Shown piece after piece: positions 1-8,505 of a DNA stretch of 64,000 nucleotides (the stretch's first letter is position 1; every line of letters starts with the position of its first letter). This DNA comes from Gemmatimonadales bacterium (GTDB taxonomy: Bacteria > Gemmatimonadota > Gemmatimonadetes > Gemmatimonadales > GWC2-71-9): NCBI GenBank assembly GCA_039794085.1, contig JBDIWC010000012.1, forward strand, positions 23,760 to 87,759. Reading direction: 5' to 3'. Both the position numbers and the translations under genes were made by a program. The notes beneath the pieces were generated by a model that made no database searches, had not been told where the DNA came from, and worked only from the letters and a program-made list of their open reading frames with translations.

Positions 1-14
1 CTGCGGAAAGTCGG

Positions 15-272
15 TCAGGTCTTTTGGGCCTGGACGGTGCGGGCCAACCGATGCTTGGTCCGGGCCGCGGTATTGGGGTGAATGAGGTGCTTTCTCCCCG
101 CACGGTCGATGATCTTCTCCGCCGCCGCAAAAGCCGCCTGGGCTTCCTCCGGCGTCGGGGCCGTGCGGACATGTTTGATAGCGGTGCGGAGCGCACTGCG
201 CTGCTGGCGGTTCTGTTCGGTCCGGGTGCGGGTCTGCCGCATCCGTTTCTTTGCGGATTTGATACGGGGCAC
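15..272 (-). CDS. rpsT: 30S ribosomal protein S20
   Basis: (V)PRIKSAKKRMRQ...IIDRAGRKHLIHPNTAARTKHRL is typical S20; GTG start at 272 preceded by GAGGTGG SD. Confidence 0.95.
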   Translation of the reverse strand: MPRIKSAKKRMRQTRTRTEQNRQQRSALRTAIKHVRTAPTPEEAQAAFAAAEKIIDRAGRKHLIHPNTAARTKHRLARTVQAQKT

Positions 273-390
273 AGCCACCTCAACGGGACTTCGAGTGGAA
301 TTGTTCGGCGCACCCGCGTTTTCCGGGTGCGTGTTACCAAGCCCACCAAGATACCCGGATACGGGTGGGTGCCGCAAGGCGTCGGTTGTT

Positions 391-420
391 TTGACTTGGG
401 ACGTGGGGGCCCGCTAACTT
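391..420 (+). promoter_or_regulatory. sigma70-like promoter of the site-2 protease/scpAB operon
   Basis: TTGACT-N18-TAACTT upstream of first gene. Confidence 0.5.
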
Positions 421-448
421 CCCCCCCGCCCTGACACGAGGACGTCCC

Positions 449-1138
449 CTGCTCGGTGATTTTGCGCTGGCCCTTCCCGTACTCGTCTTTTCCGTGGTGG
501 CACACGAGTACGCTCACGGGGCGGTTGCCCTGAGCCAGGGGGACCAGACGGCGGCTCGGCTCGGACGGCTGACCCTCAATCCGCTGCCCCATACCGACCT
601 GTGGATGACCATCCTGCTGCCGGCCCTCCTCTGGTTCGGCTCGGGAGGACAGTTTACGTTCGGCGGGGCGAAGCCCGTTCCGGTGGATCCACGCAACTTT
701 CGCGATCCCCGGTGGAGTGACGTGCTGGTGTCGGCGGCGGGGGTCGTGACCAACGCTCTTCTGGCCCTGGTGGCCGCCCTGGTGTTCGTGGTGGCAGGTC
801 TCGTGGCCGGTGCCTGGCCCGACGCTGTCCCGATGGCTGATGTGGTCCAGCGGATGATGACCTGGGGGATCTGGCTCAATCTCATGCTTGCCGTTTTCAA
901 TCTCATCCCGGTGCCGCCCCTCGACGGCTCCCACCTCCTGTATCACTTCCTCCCCCCCCGGATCGGGCTGGCCTACCGGCAGGTGGCGCGGTTCGGGGTC
1001 ATTCCGCTGCTCCTGCTGATGGTGTTCTACCCGGGGGGAATTTCCCTCCTGCTCGCGCCGGCCCGGTGGGGGGTGTCCTGGTTGCTCGACCTCGTGGTGC
1101 CGTTCGCCGCGGGGACGGGATGGAACATCTTCGGATGA
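449..1138 (+). CDS. Site-2 protease family (M50) intramembrane metalloprotease
   Basis: HEYAH zinc motif, GRLTLNPL, FNLIPVPPLDG; probable CTG start at 449 behind GAGG (track gives GTG 494, which removes the TM segment before HExxH). Confidence 0.9.
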   Translation: MLGDFALALPVLVFSVVAHEYAHGAVALSQGDQTAARLGRLTLNPLPHTDLWMTILLPALLWFGSGGQFTFGGAKPVPVDPRNFRDPRWSDVLVSAAGVVTNALLALVAALVFVVAGLVAGAWPDAVPMADVVQRMMTWGIWLNLMLAVFNLIPVPPLDGSHLLYHFLPPRIGLAYRQVARFGVIPLLLLMVFYPGGISLLLAPARWGVSWLLDLVVPFAAGTGWNIFG

Positions 1139-1887
1139 CGGTCGCGGAATCCGGTGCCCCGGTGCGCGGTACCGTGGAGGACGGCGGTTTCGTCGTCCGT
1201 CTCGATTCGTTTTCGGGGCCTCTCGACCTGCTTCTGCACCTCCTTCGCGAGGAGCAGATCGACATCGCCGACATTCCGATCGCGAGGATCGCGGATCAGT
1301 TTCTGGCCGCCATCCATTCCCTGGGTCTGAACCAGGCCGCGGACTATCTGGACCTCGCCGGCCGGCTGGTTCGGCTCAAGGTTCAGATGTTGCTCCCCCG
1401 GTCGGGAGACGGAGAGGAGTGGGTCGATCCCCGGGCGGAACTGGTCCGGCGGCTCCTCGAGTATCAGCAGATCAAGGAAATCGCCCTCTGGTTCGACCGG
1501 GCGGCGTCGGAGCGGGGGAACCGTTTCGCGCGGGGCTATCTTCCGGAGCCACCGGCCCTGCCCCCTCCCCCCCTGCAGCTTGATCTGGTCGAGCTTCTGA
1601 GTGCCGTGGAGCGCGTCATCGCGGGGATCATGCACCCGGTGATGCACCGTGTGGTGGCCCGTCCCCTGGACGTGGAGGGGGCCACGGCACGGATCATGAC
1701 ACTGCTCGAGGACCAGGACGCTTTCGACTGGCGCCGTGCCCTGGGAGAGCGTCCCACGATCGTCGAGGTGCTCTCCACTCTCCTTGCGCTGCTGGAACTG
1801 GCCCGTCATGGTATCGTTCGGGTGGCCCAAGCATCGCCCTTCGCCTCCATGATGGTGACCCGTGACTCCTCTCGCCCAGCTGATTGA
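1135..1887 (+). CDS. scpA: Segregation and condensation protein A
   Basis: FSGPLDLLLHLL, DPRAELVRRLLEYQ, LALLELAR; ATGA overlap with upstream gene. Confidence 0.92.
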   Translation: MTVAESGAPVRGTVEDGGFVVRLDSFSGPLDLLLHLLREEQIDIADIPIARIADQFLAAIHSLGLNQAADYLDLAGRLVRLKVQMLLPRSGDGEEWVDPRAELVRRLLEYQQIKEIALWFDRAASERGNRFARGYLPEPPALPPPPLQLDLVELLSAVERVIAGIMHPVMHRVVARPLDVEGATARIMTLLEDQDAFDWRRALGERPTIVEVLSTLLALLELARHGIVRVAQASPFASMMVTRDSSRPAD

Positions 1888-2446
1888 AGCGGCCCTGTTC
1901 GCCGCCCCGCGACCCCTGACCGCGGAGGAACTGCAGCCTCTCGATCCCGAACGCTCCCTGGACGAGGTGCGGGAGGCGCTTGCCCAACTGCGCGACCACT
2001 ATGAGTACGACGGCCATGGTGTCGAACTGCTGGAAATCGGGGGAGGAGTTCAGATCGTCACCCGCCCCGCCTTTGCCGCGGCGATCGAGCGCGCCCAGTT
2101 TGCCGTGCGGGCACCAAGGTTGACACCGGCGATGCTCGAGACCCTCGCGGTCATCGCCTACCGGCAGCCGGTGGGACGGGCGGAGGTCGAGGAGATTCGC
2201 GGCGTGTCGGCGAGCGGAGTGCTCCGGACACTGCAGGAACGGGGGCTCATCGAGGTGGTCGGGCGGAGTGAGGGGCTGGGTCGCCCTCTGCTGTACGGCA
2301 CCACCCCGCTTTTCCTGGAACTGCTGGGCCTGGCGGATATCGGGAATCTTCCCCGGGCGGAGGAGTTGAGCATCGCCCTCGCGCCCCCGGTGCCGGAACA
2401 GGTTGACGCGGACGACGCCACGGTGTGGGTCGAGGCCGACGCATGA
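1862..2446 (+). CDS. scpB: SMC-Scp complex subunit ScpB
   Basis: IEAALFA, LETLAVIAYRQPV, EEIRGV, GRPLLYGTTPLFL. Confidence 0.95.
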   Translation: MTPLAQLIEAALFAAPRPLTAEELQPLDPERSLDEVREALAQLRDHYEYDGHGVELLEIGGGVQIVTRPAFAAAIERAQFAVRAPRLTPAMLETLAVIAYRQPVGRAEVEEIRGVSASGVLRTLQERGLIEVVGRSEGLGRPLLYGTTPLFLELLGLADIGNLPRAEELSIALAPPVPEQVDADDATVWVEADA

Positions 2447-3243
2447 CTCTCATGAGATTGCAGCGCGCCCTGGCCCGGGCGGGCGTCGCGTCGCGCCGGG
2501 CGGCCGAGGAGCTGATCACGGCCGGGAAGGTCCGGGTGGACGGAGTGGTGGCCACGCTCGGCAGCAGTGTCGATCCGGACACGCAGTCCATCAGTGTGGG
2601 GGGACGACGTGTCTCCCTCAAGACCACGCGCTGGCTCGCGGTCCACAAGCCGCTGGGGGTGGTGACCAGTGCCTCGGATCCGGAGGGACGCCGCACCGTG
2701 TTCGACCTGGTGCGGGATCCCGCGGGACTCGCCTATGTGGGGCGACTGGACATCAACACGACGGGCCTCCTCCTGCTGACGACCGATGGGGATGCCGTGC
2801 ACCGGCTCACCCACCCACGGTACCGGGTGCCCCGGGAGTACATCGCCCTGGTCCATGGACGCGATCCGTCCGAGGTCGCCGGATTGGTGTCGAAACGGGT
2901 GGTGGTGGACGGACGGCCCATCCTGCCCACCGGGGTGCGGGTCACGCCCGGCCGAGAGGGGCGGAGCGTGGTGCACCTGACGCTCACCGAGGGGCGCCAC
3001 CACGTGGTGCGCAAGTGGTGTGGCGAGCTCGGCCTCAAGGTGGAGCGTCTGGCCCGGGTGGCCTACGGACCGATCCGCCTCGGGGACCTTCCGGTGGGCA
3101 AGACCCGGCCCCTCACTCCGGGCGAGGTGTCGGCCCTGCGCCGGCTGGTGAACCTCGAGGAGGGGACCGATGAAACCGTCCGCCGACCCGGGACGTCGAG
3201 CAAGAGGACCCCCCGTCGCGGGGGAGGCAAGGAGAAGACATGA
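2443..3243 (+). CDS. rluB: rRNA pseudouridine synthase (RluB/RsuA family, S4 domain)
   Basis: RLQRALARAGVASRR S4 domain; VGRLD catalytic motif; follows scpB as is common. Confidence 0.85.
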   Translation: MTLMRLQRALARAGVASRRAAEELITAGKVRVDGVVATLGSSVDPDTQSISVGGRRVSLKTTRWLAVHKPLGVVTSASDPEGRRTVFDLVRDPAGLAYVGRLDINTTGLLLLTTDGDAVHRLTHPRYRVPREYIALVHGRDPSEVAGLVSKRVVVDGRPILPTGVRVTPGREGRSVVHLTLTEGRHHVVRKWCGELGLKVERLARVAYGPIRLGDLPVGKTRPLTPGEVSALRRLVNLEEGTDETVRRPGTSSKRTPRRGGGKEKT

Positions 3244-4229
3244 GCGCGGACCCGATCACAGCCCCGAGGAGCACCGGAGTGGGAGCCACTCCCATCGCGG
3301 CCGTGGTGGCCGAGATCGGAAAGCGGGTCGTGGGGCAGGATGCGATGATCGAACGGCTTCTCATCGGCCTTCTCACCGGAGGGCACGTGCTGCTCGAGGG
3401 GGTTCCGGGCCTGGCCAAGACTCTCGCGGTCCGGACCCTCGCGGAGGTGCTGCACGCCTCGCATGTGCGGATTCAGTTCACCCCCGACCTGCTGCCGTCG
3501 GATCTGATCGGGACCATGGTGTTCAACCAGAAGACCCAGGAGTTTTCGGTCAAGCGGGGTCCCCTCTTTGCCCAGATCGTTCTGGCGGACGAAGTGAACC
3601 GGGCCCCGGCCAAGGTGCAGGCGGCGCTGCTGGAGGCGATGCAGGAGCACCAGGTCACCATCGGGGGAACCACCTTTCCTCTGGAGGAGCCCTTCCTCGT
3701 CCTGGCGACCCAGAATCCGATCGAGAGCGAGGGGACCTACCCCCTTCCGGAGGCGCAGCTCGACCGATTCATGATGAAGGTGCATGTCGGGTACCCTTCC
3801 CGGGCCGAGGAGCGGGAAATGCTGGCCCGGATGGCGGGCGGCGTCCCGATCCCGGTGCGCCGGTTGATGACGCCGGAGGCGATCCTCGCGGCCCGGCTCG
3901 AGGTCCTGGCTCTGCACCTCGACCCCCGTCTGGGCGACTACATCGTGGACCTCGTGCGCGCCACCCGTGCACCCGCCAGCGTGGGACTGTCCACGCTGCA
4001 GCCTCTGGTGGGCTTTGGAGCCTCACCCCGGGCGTCGATCGCGCTGGCCCAGGCCTCGCGCGCCCACGCGTATCTCCGGGGGCGCACCTTCGTGACCCCG
4101 GATGACGTGCAGGCGGTGGCCCCGGACGTGCTGCGGCACCGCGTCGTGCTCACCTTCGAGGCCGAGGCCGAGGACGTGACGAGCGATGTCATCATCAGCC
4201 GCATCCTGGGAGTGGTCAAGCCAGCGTGA
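3240..4229 (+). CDS. moxR: MoxR family AAA+ ATPase
   Basis: HVLLEGVPGLAKT, RIQFTPDLLPSD, DEVNRA, ATQNPIE, PLPEAQLDRF. Confidence 0.95.
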   Translation: MSADPITAPRSTGVGATPIAAVVAEIGKRVVGQDAMIERLLIGLLTGGHVLLEGVPGLAKTLAVRTLAEVLHASHVRIQFTPDLLPSDLIGTMVFNQKTQEFSVKRGPLFAQIVLADEVNRAPAKVQAALLEAMQEHQVTIGGTTFPLEEPFLVLATQNPIESEGTYPLPEAQLDRFMMKVHVGYPSRAEEREMLARMAGGVPIPVRRLMTPEAILAARLEVLALHLDPRLGDYIVDLVRATRAPASVGLSTLQPLVGFGASPRASIALAQASRAHAYLRGRTFVTPDDVQAVAPDVLRHRVVLTFEAEAEDVTSDVIISRILGVVKPA

Positions 4230-4236
4230 GGGACGT

Positions 4237-5133
4237 GTGACGTATCCCATCACTCCCGCCATCCTGAAGCAGGTCAAGTCCATCGCGATCCGGACCCGTG
4301 GCCTCGTCGATGCCCTCCTGGGCGGTGAGTACCGGAGCGTCTTCCGGGGGCAGGGGATGGAGTTCCTCGAGGTCCGGGCCTACGAAGCCGGCGACGACTA
4401 CCGGGTGATCGACTGGAACGTCTCGGCCCGGCTGGGGGAACCCCACGTCAAGACCTTCACCGAGGAGCGGGAACTCACGCTCTTCCTGGTGGTGGACCAC
4501 TCCGGGAGCACCGATGTGGGCGCCCCCGTGACCAAGGTGGCCCGCGCCGTCGAGATCGCCGCCGTCCTCGCCCTGGCGGCGGTGCGCCAGCAGGACCGGG
4601 TGGGGGCCCTCCTCTTCACCGATCGCATCGAACATGTGGTGCCCCCGGCCAAGGGACGGCGCCACGCGCTGCGCGTCATCCGCGATCTGCTCGCCTTCTC
4701 CCCCGTGGGGCGCGGTACCGACCTCGCCGCGGGTCTCGACTACGCCGCCCGCCTCCTGCACCATCGAAGCATCGTGGTGATCCTGTCGGATTTCGTGGCC
4801 GAGGGATGGGAACGTCCGCTCGCGCGGCTCGCGGCGAAGCATGACGTGCTGGCGATCACCATCGACGACCCGCGGGAAGTGTCACCGGTGGCCTCGGGGT
4901 GGATCACCTTCTCCGACCCGGAGGGAGAGGCCGAAAGTCTGGTGGATCTGGGAGACGCGCGCGTGCGGGCGGCCTGGCGGACCGAGGCGGCCCGGATGGC
5001 GGAGACCCGGTCCCGGGCGTTCCGGGTGAGCGGAGTCGACCATCTGGCGCTCGACACCACGGGAGACTACAGCACGGCGCTGCGGCGGGCCTTTGCCCGT
5101 CGCCCGCGGCGTCGGGGCCGGGTGGCGCGATGA
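4237..5133 (+). CDS. DUF58 domain protein (MoxR-associated, VWA-like)
   Basis: GEYRSVFRGQGMEFLEVRAY..GDD.R.IDWNVSAR, EEREL. Confidence 0.9.
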   Translation: MTYPITPAILKQVKSIAIRTRGLVDALLGGEYRSVFRGQGMEFLEVRAYEAGDDYRVIDWNVSARLGEPHVKTFTEERELTLFLVVDHSGSTDVGAPVTKVARAVEIAAVLALAAVRQQDRVGALLFTDRIEHVVPPAKGRRHALRVIRDLLAFSPVGRGTDLAAGLDYAARLLHHRSIVVILSDFVAEGWERPLARLAAKHDVLAITIDDPREVSPVASGWITFSDPEGEAESLVDLGDARVRAAWRTEAARMAETRSRAFRVSGVDHLALDTTGDYSTALRRAFARRPRRRGRVAR

Positions 5134-5894
5134 TCGCGGTCGGGTGCCTCCTGCTCCTCCAGACGGCGACCTCCCCCTTTACGGTGGGCGACACCGTGAC
5201 GATCCTGCGGACGGTGACCCTCCCCGTGGGAGCGGTGCTCCGGTTTCCGCCCCCTCCCTCCGACCGGGATCATGCCCATCTCTCGGCCCCCGTTGTGGAG
5301 CCCGACCCCGACGGTCGCTCGGTGCGGATCCGGTATACGCTCACCTTCTGGCGGGCCGGGTCGCATCCGATCGAGATTCCCGGCCCCGTGGTGGTGCGGG
5401 CGACGGGGAGTGCGGACACGCTTCCCCCGTACCGGATCACCGTCCCGATTCAGTCCGTGCTTCCCCCGTCGGCCAACGATTCCACGCCGCCCCAGCCACC
5501 GGTGGCGGTGATCCCCCGCGGGACCCGTGTTCTCTGGCCCGCCCTGCTCCTTCCCCTCCTGGCCCTGGGAGTGATCCTTCCGGTGCATCGAGGGCGCCGT
5601 CGTCCGCCCCCGCCCCTCCCTCCTCCGGCACCGCCCCCGGGCCTGTCCGGACCGGAGGTGCTCCTCCCCGCGTGGGTTGCTCTCGGTGAGGTGCGTACCG
5701 CGGCGGCACACTGGCTCGCGTTGCTCCCCGCCGAGGGGACCGCCGGGGAGGAACTCGCGGAGCTGAGAGAGCGCCTGACCCGAGCCCGGTTCAGCGCCCC
5801 CGATCTTCCCGATGGCCGCCAGGCGTGTGTGGACGCCGCCGCCTGGTGGGCCACCTCCCGAGGGGCAAGCGGGGGAGAGGGGAGTACCCCATGA
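5130..5894 (+). CDS. Hypothetical membrane-anchored protein of the Bat/MoxR cluster
   Basis: Signal-like N-terminus, one TM, Pro-rich linker; ATGA-coupled on both sides. Confidence 0.65.
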   Translation: MIAVGCLLLLQTATSPFTVGDTVTILRTVTLPVGAVLRFPPPPSDRDHAHLSAPVVEPDPDGRSVRIRYTLTFWRAGSHPIEIPGPVVVRATGSADTLPPYRITVPIQSVLPPSANDSTPPQPPVAVIPRGTRVLWPALLLPLLALGVILPVHRGRRRPPPPLPPPAPPPGLSGPEVLLPAWVALGEVRTAAAHWLALLPAEGTAGEELAELRERLTRARFSAPDLPDGRQACVDAAAWWATSRGASGGEGSTP

Positions 5895-6862
5895 GCCTGG
5901 CGCGCGGGTGGATGCTCCTCCTGCTCCTCCCTCTGGTCTGGTGGTGGTGGATCGGTCGTCGGCGCCGGGTCACGGTGCCCACCGGGGACTTTCGTGCCGC
6001 GGCCCATGCGGCGCGTCACCAGGGGTGGGCTCACCTCCCTCCGATCTTCCGCACCCTGGGGATCGCCATGCTGGTGATCGCGGCGGCTGGTCCCCTGCTC
6101 GGGGGAAGGGAACGGACTCTCCGGAAGGACGGGATTGCGATCGTCATCGCCATCGACGTCTCCAGCAGCATGCTCGCCGAGGACTTTGCGCCGAGCAATC
6201 GGTTGGAGGTGGCGAAGCGACAAGCCATCAGCTTCATCCGGGGGCGCGACGCCGATCGGATCGGGCTGGTGGCCTTTGCCGGCGAGGCCCTGACCCAGGT
6301 TCCGGTGACGCTCGACTACCTGGTGCTGGAGCAGGCGGTGACGAACCTGCGGGTGGGGGTGCTGGAGGATGGCACCGCCATCGGCAGCGGGCTGGCCACG
6401 GCGGTGAACCGGCTCCGGCGGGTGCCCGGACCCTCCCGGGTCGTCCTCCTGCTGACGGACGGCGAAAACAACCGGGGTGCGGTGGATCCCCGGACCGCCG
6501 CCGCCACGGCTGAGAGCTTCGGGGTGCGGATCTACACGGTGGGGGTGGGTACCGAGGGTGAGGCACGGATTCCCACGGGGCGGGGCCTGAGCGGATATCG
6601 CTACGAGGTGCTCCCGGTTCGCATCGATGAGGCGCTTCTGACGGAGATCGCGGAGCAGACCGGCGGCCGGTACTTCCGCGCCAAGGACAGCGAGGCTCTG
6701 AGCCGGATTTTCCGGCAGATCGACGCCCTCGAACGGGCCCCCGTCGACGTGGTGCAGTATGCCTCGCGCGAAGAGACGACGCGGCCCTTTCTGCTGGCTG
6801 CTCTCGTGTTCCTGGGAGTGGAGCTCGTGGTGAGCGCGACCCGGGTGGTGAGGGTGCCGTGA
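5891..6862 (+). CDS. VWA domain protein, BatA-like
   Basis: DVSSSM MIDAS, DRIGLVAFAG, DGTAIG, LLTDGENN; N- and C-terminal TMs. Confidence 0.9.
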   Translation: MSLARGWMLLLLLPLVWWWWIGRRRRVTVPTGDFRAAAHAARHQGWAHLPPIFRTLGIAMLVIAAAGPLLGGRERTLRKDGIAIVIAIDVSSSMLAEDFAPSNRLEVAKRQAISFIRGRDADRIGLVAFAGEALTQVPVTLDYLVLEQAVTNLRVGVLEDGTAIGSGLATAVNRLRRVPGPSRVVLLLTDGENNRGAVDPRTAAATAESFGVRIYTVGVGTEGEARIPTGRGLSGYRYEVLPVRIDEALLTEIAEQTGGRYFRAKDSEALSRIFRQIDALERAPVDVVQYASREETTRPFLLAALVFLGVELVVSATRVVRVP

Positions 6863-8505
6863 GGATGGATGCCCCCCTTCTCCTGGTGCTGGCCCCCGTG
6901 CTGGCGCTGGCTCTCGGGGCCCTGGCCTGGAGAGCCCGCCGCGCCCGGGTGCGCCTGGCCACCGCGTGGTCGGACGCGCTGGGCCAGAGAGCCCGCGGGA
7001 TCAATCGGCATGGATTCCTGGTCTTCGGCGTGACGGGTGTGCTGCTCGGGGTTGGCCTCGCGGGCCCGCGGGGGGGCCGTCTCGACGTCGACGCCACCAG
7101 CCGGGCCCTGAACCTGGTGATCGGCGTCGACCTGAGCCGGTCGATGCTCGCCGAGGACGTGGCCCCGAACCGGCTGGGCCGGGCCGTTCGGGAGGCGCGC
7201 CGCCTGAGCCAGGATCTGGCGCAGGACCGGATCGGCCTTCTCGGGTTTGCGGGAAGCAGCTACATCCTGGCTCCGTTGACGCTCGACCATGCGGCGGTGG
7301 AACTTCACCTCACCGCCCTCGACCCCGACCTGGCGAGTGAGGGAGGGACCAATCTGGCCCGGGTTCTCCGGCAGGGCGCCGAAGTGCTGGACGGTGCGGG
7401 ACAGGGAGGGGACCGGGCCCTCGTGCTGTTCACGGACGGTGAGACACACGACTCGCTGTCGGAGAGCATTGCCGCGGCGGCCGCGCTGCGCGAGGTCGGC
7501 GTGACCCTGGTGCTGGTCAGTGTGGGGGACACGATCCCGGCCCGGATCCCGCTTCGCGATCCCGGCGGCCGGCGCATCGGCGACCAGCAGACCGCGGAGG
7601 GAACCCCGGTGGAGACCCGACGCCGGGATGACCTGCTGCGTCCCGTGGCCGAGGCGGCGGGCGGAACGGTGGTGCCCGCCACGGTGCAGAACCAGAGTGA
7701 CGTGGTGGTCGGAATCCTGCGGGATCTGGCCCGGGCACCGGCCCGGGAGCGCCGGGCGCAGGATCGGAGACCCCTGGCCTGGGTCACGGCGCTGCTGGCC
7801 GCTCTTCTCCTGGTGGGACACACGCTGTCCCGCCGGGGAGCCGCCCTCCTGTCACTCGCGGTGCTGGTTCTGCCGACGCCGCAAGCCGCCGAGGCCCAGC
7901 GGCCCTCCGGGGGCATCACCCCAGCCCGCCGGGGAGATCATGCCAAGGCCGAATCGGCCTTCCGGGCCGAGGCGGCCCGGGCTACGGGGGCTGCTCGTGA
8001 CACCGCACTCTTCAACGCGGGAACGGCCGCACTCGCCGCCGGCCGGTACGCCGAGGCCCACGGGGCCCTGGACAGCGCCGCGAGTACTCCCGATCCGGAG
8101 CTCCGATACCGGGCCTTGTACAACCATGGCGTGGCCTCGCTTCGTGCCGCGGCCCTGGACAGCGTCCATCGGGATTCTCTCCTGGGCCTCGCCGCCGAGC
8201 GGCTCAAGGAGGCCCTGCTCCTCCGTCCCGACGCCGACCGGGCCAAGTGGAATCTCGAACTGGCCATGCGCCGTCCCCCCCCGCCCCCTCCCTCGCCGCA
8301 GGGCGGTGGGGGAGGAGGGAACCCGCCGCCGCCACCACCGGGCAACGGTCAAGGCCCGGAACGGTCTCCGGAACCCCGCCCTGGTGCCATGACCCAGGCG
8401 GAAGCCGAGGCCATCCTCTCCTCCGTGGAGCGGGGCGAGGCGGCCACCAGGGCCGAACAGGCGCAGCGTCGCCGGGCCACGGCCCGGGTGGTCAAGGACT
8501 GGTGA
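6859..8505 (+). CDS. VWA + TPR protein (BatB/BatC-like fusion)
   Basis: DLSRSM, PNRL, LFTDGE; TPR-like helices (ALYNHG, AKWNLELA); Pro-rich linker; ends KDW. Confidence 0.85.
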   Translation: MRMDAPLLLVLAPVLALALGALAWRARRARVRLATAWSDALGQRARGINRHGFLVFGVTGVLLGVGLAGPRGGRLDVDATSRALNLVIGVDLSRSMLAEDVAPNRLGRAVREARRLSQDLAQDRIGLLGFAGSSYILAPLTLDHAAVELHLTALDPDLASEGGTNLARVLRQGAEVLDGAGQGGDRALVLFTDGETHDSLSESIAAAAALREVGVTLVLVSVGDTIPARIPLRDPGGRRIGDQQTAEGTPVETRRRDDLLRPVAEAAGGTVVPATVQNQSDVVVGILRDLARAPARERRAQDRRPLAWVTALLAALLLVGHTLSRRGAALLSLAVLVLPTPQAAEAQRPSGGITPARRGDHAKAESAFRAEAARATGAARDTALFNAGTAALAAGRYAEAHGALDSAASTPDPELRYRALYNHGVASLRAAALDSVHRDSLLGLAAERLKEALLLRPDADRAKWNLELAMRRPPPPPPSPQGGGGGGNPPPPPPGNGQGPERSPEPRPGAMTQAEAEAILSSVERGEAATRAEQAQRRRATARVVKDW

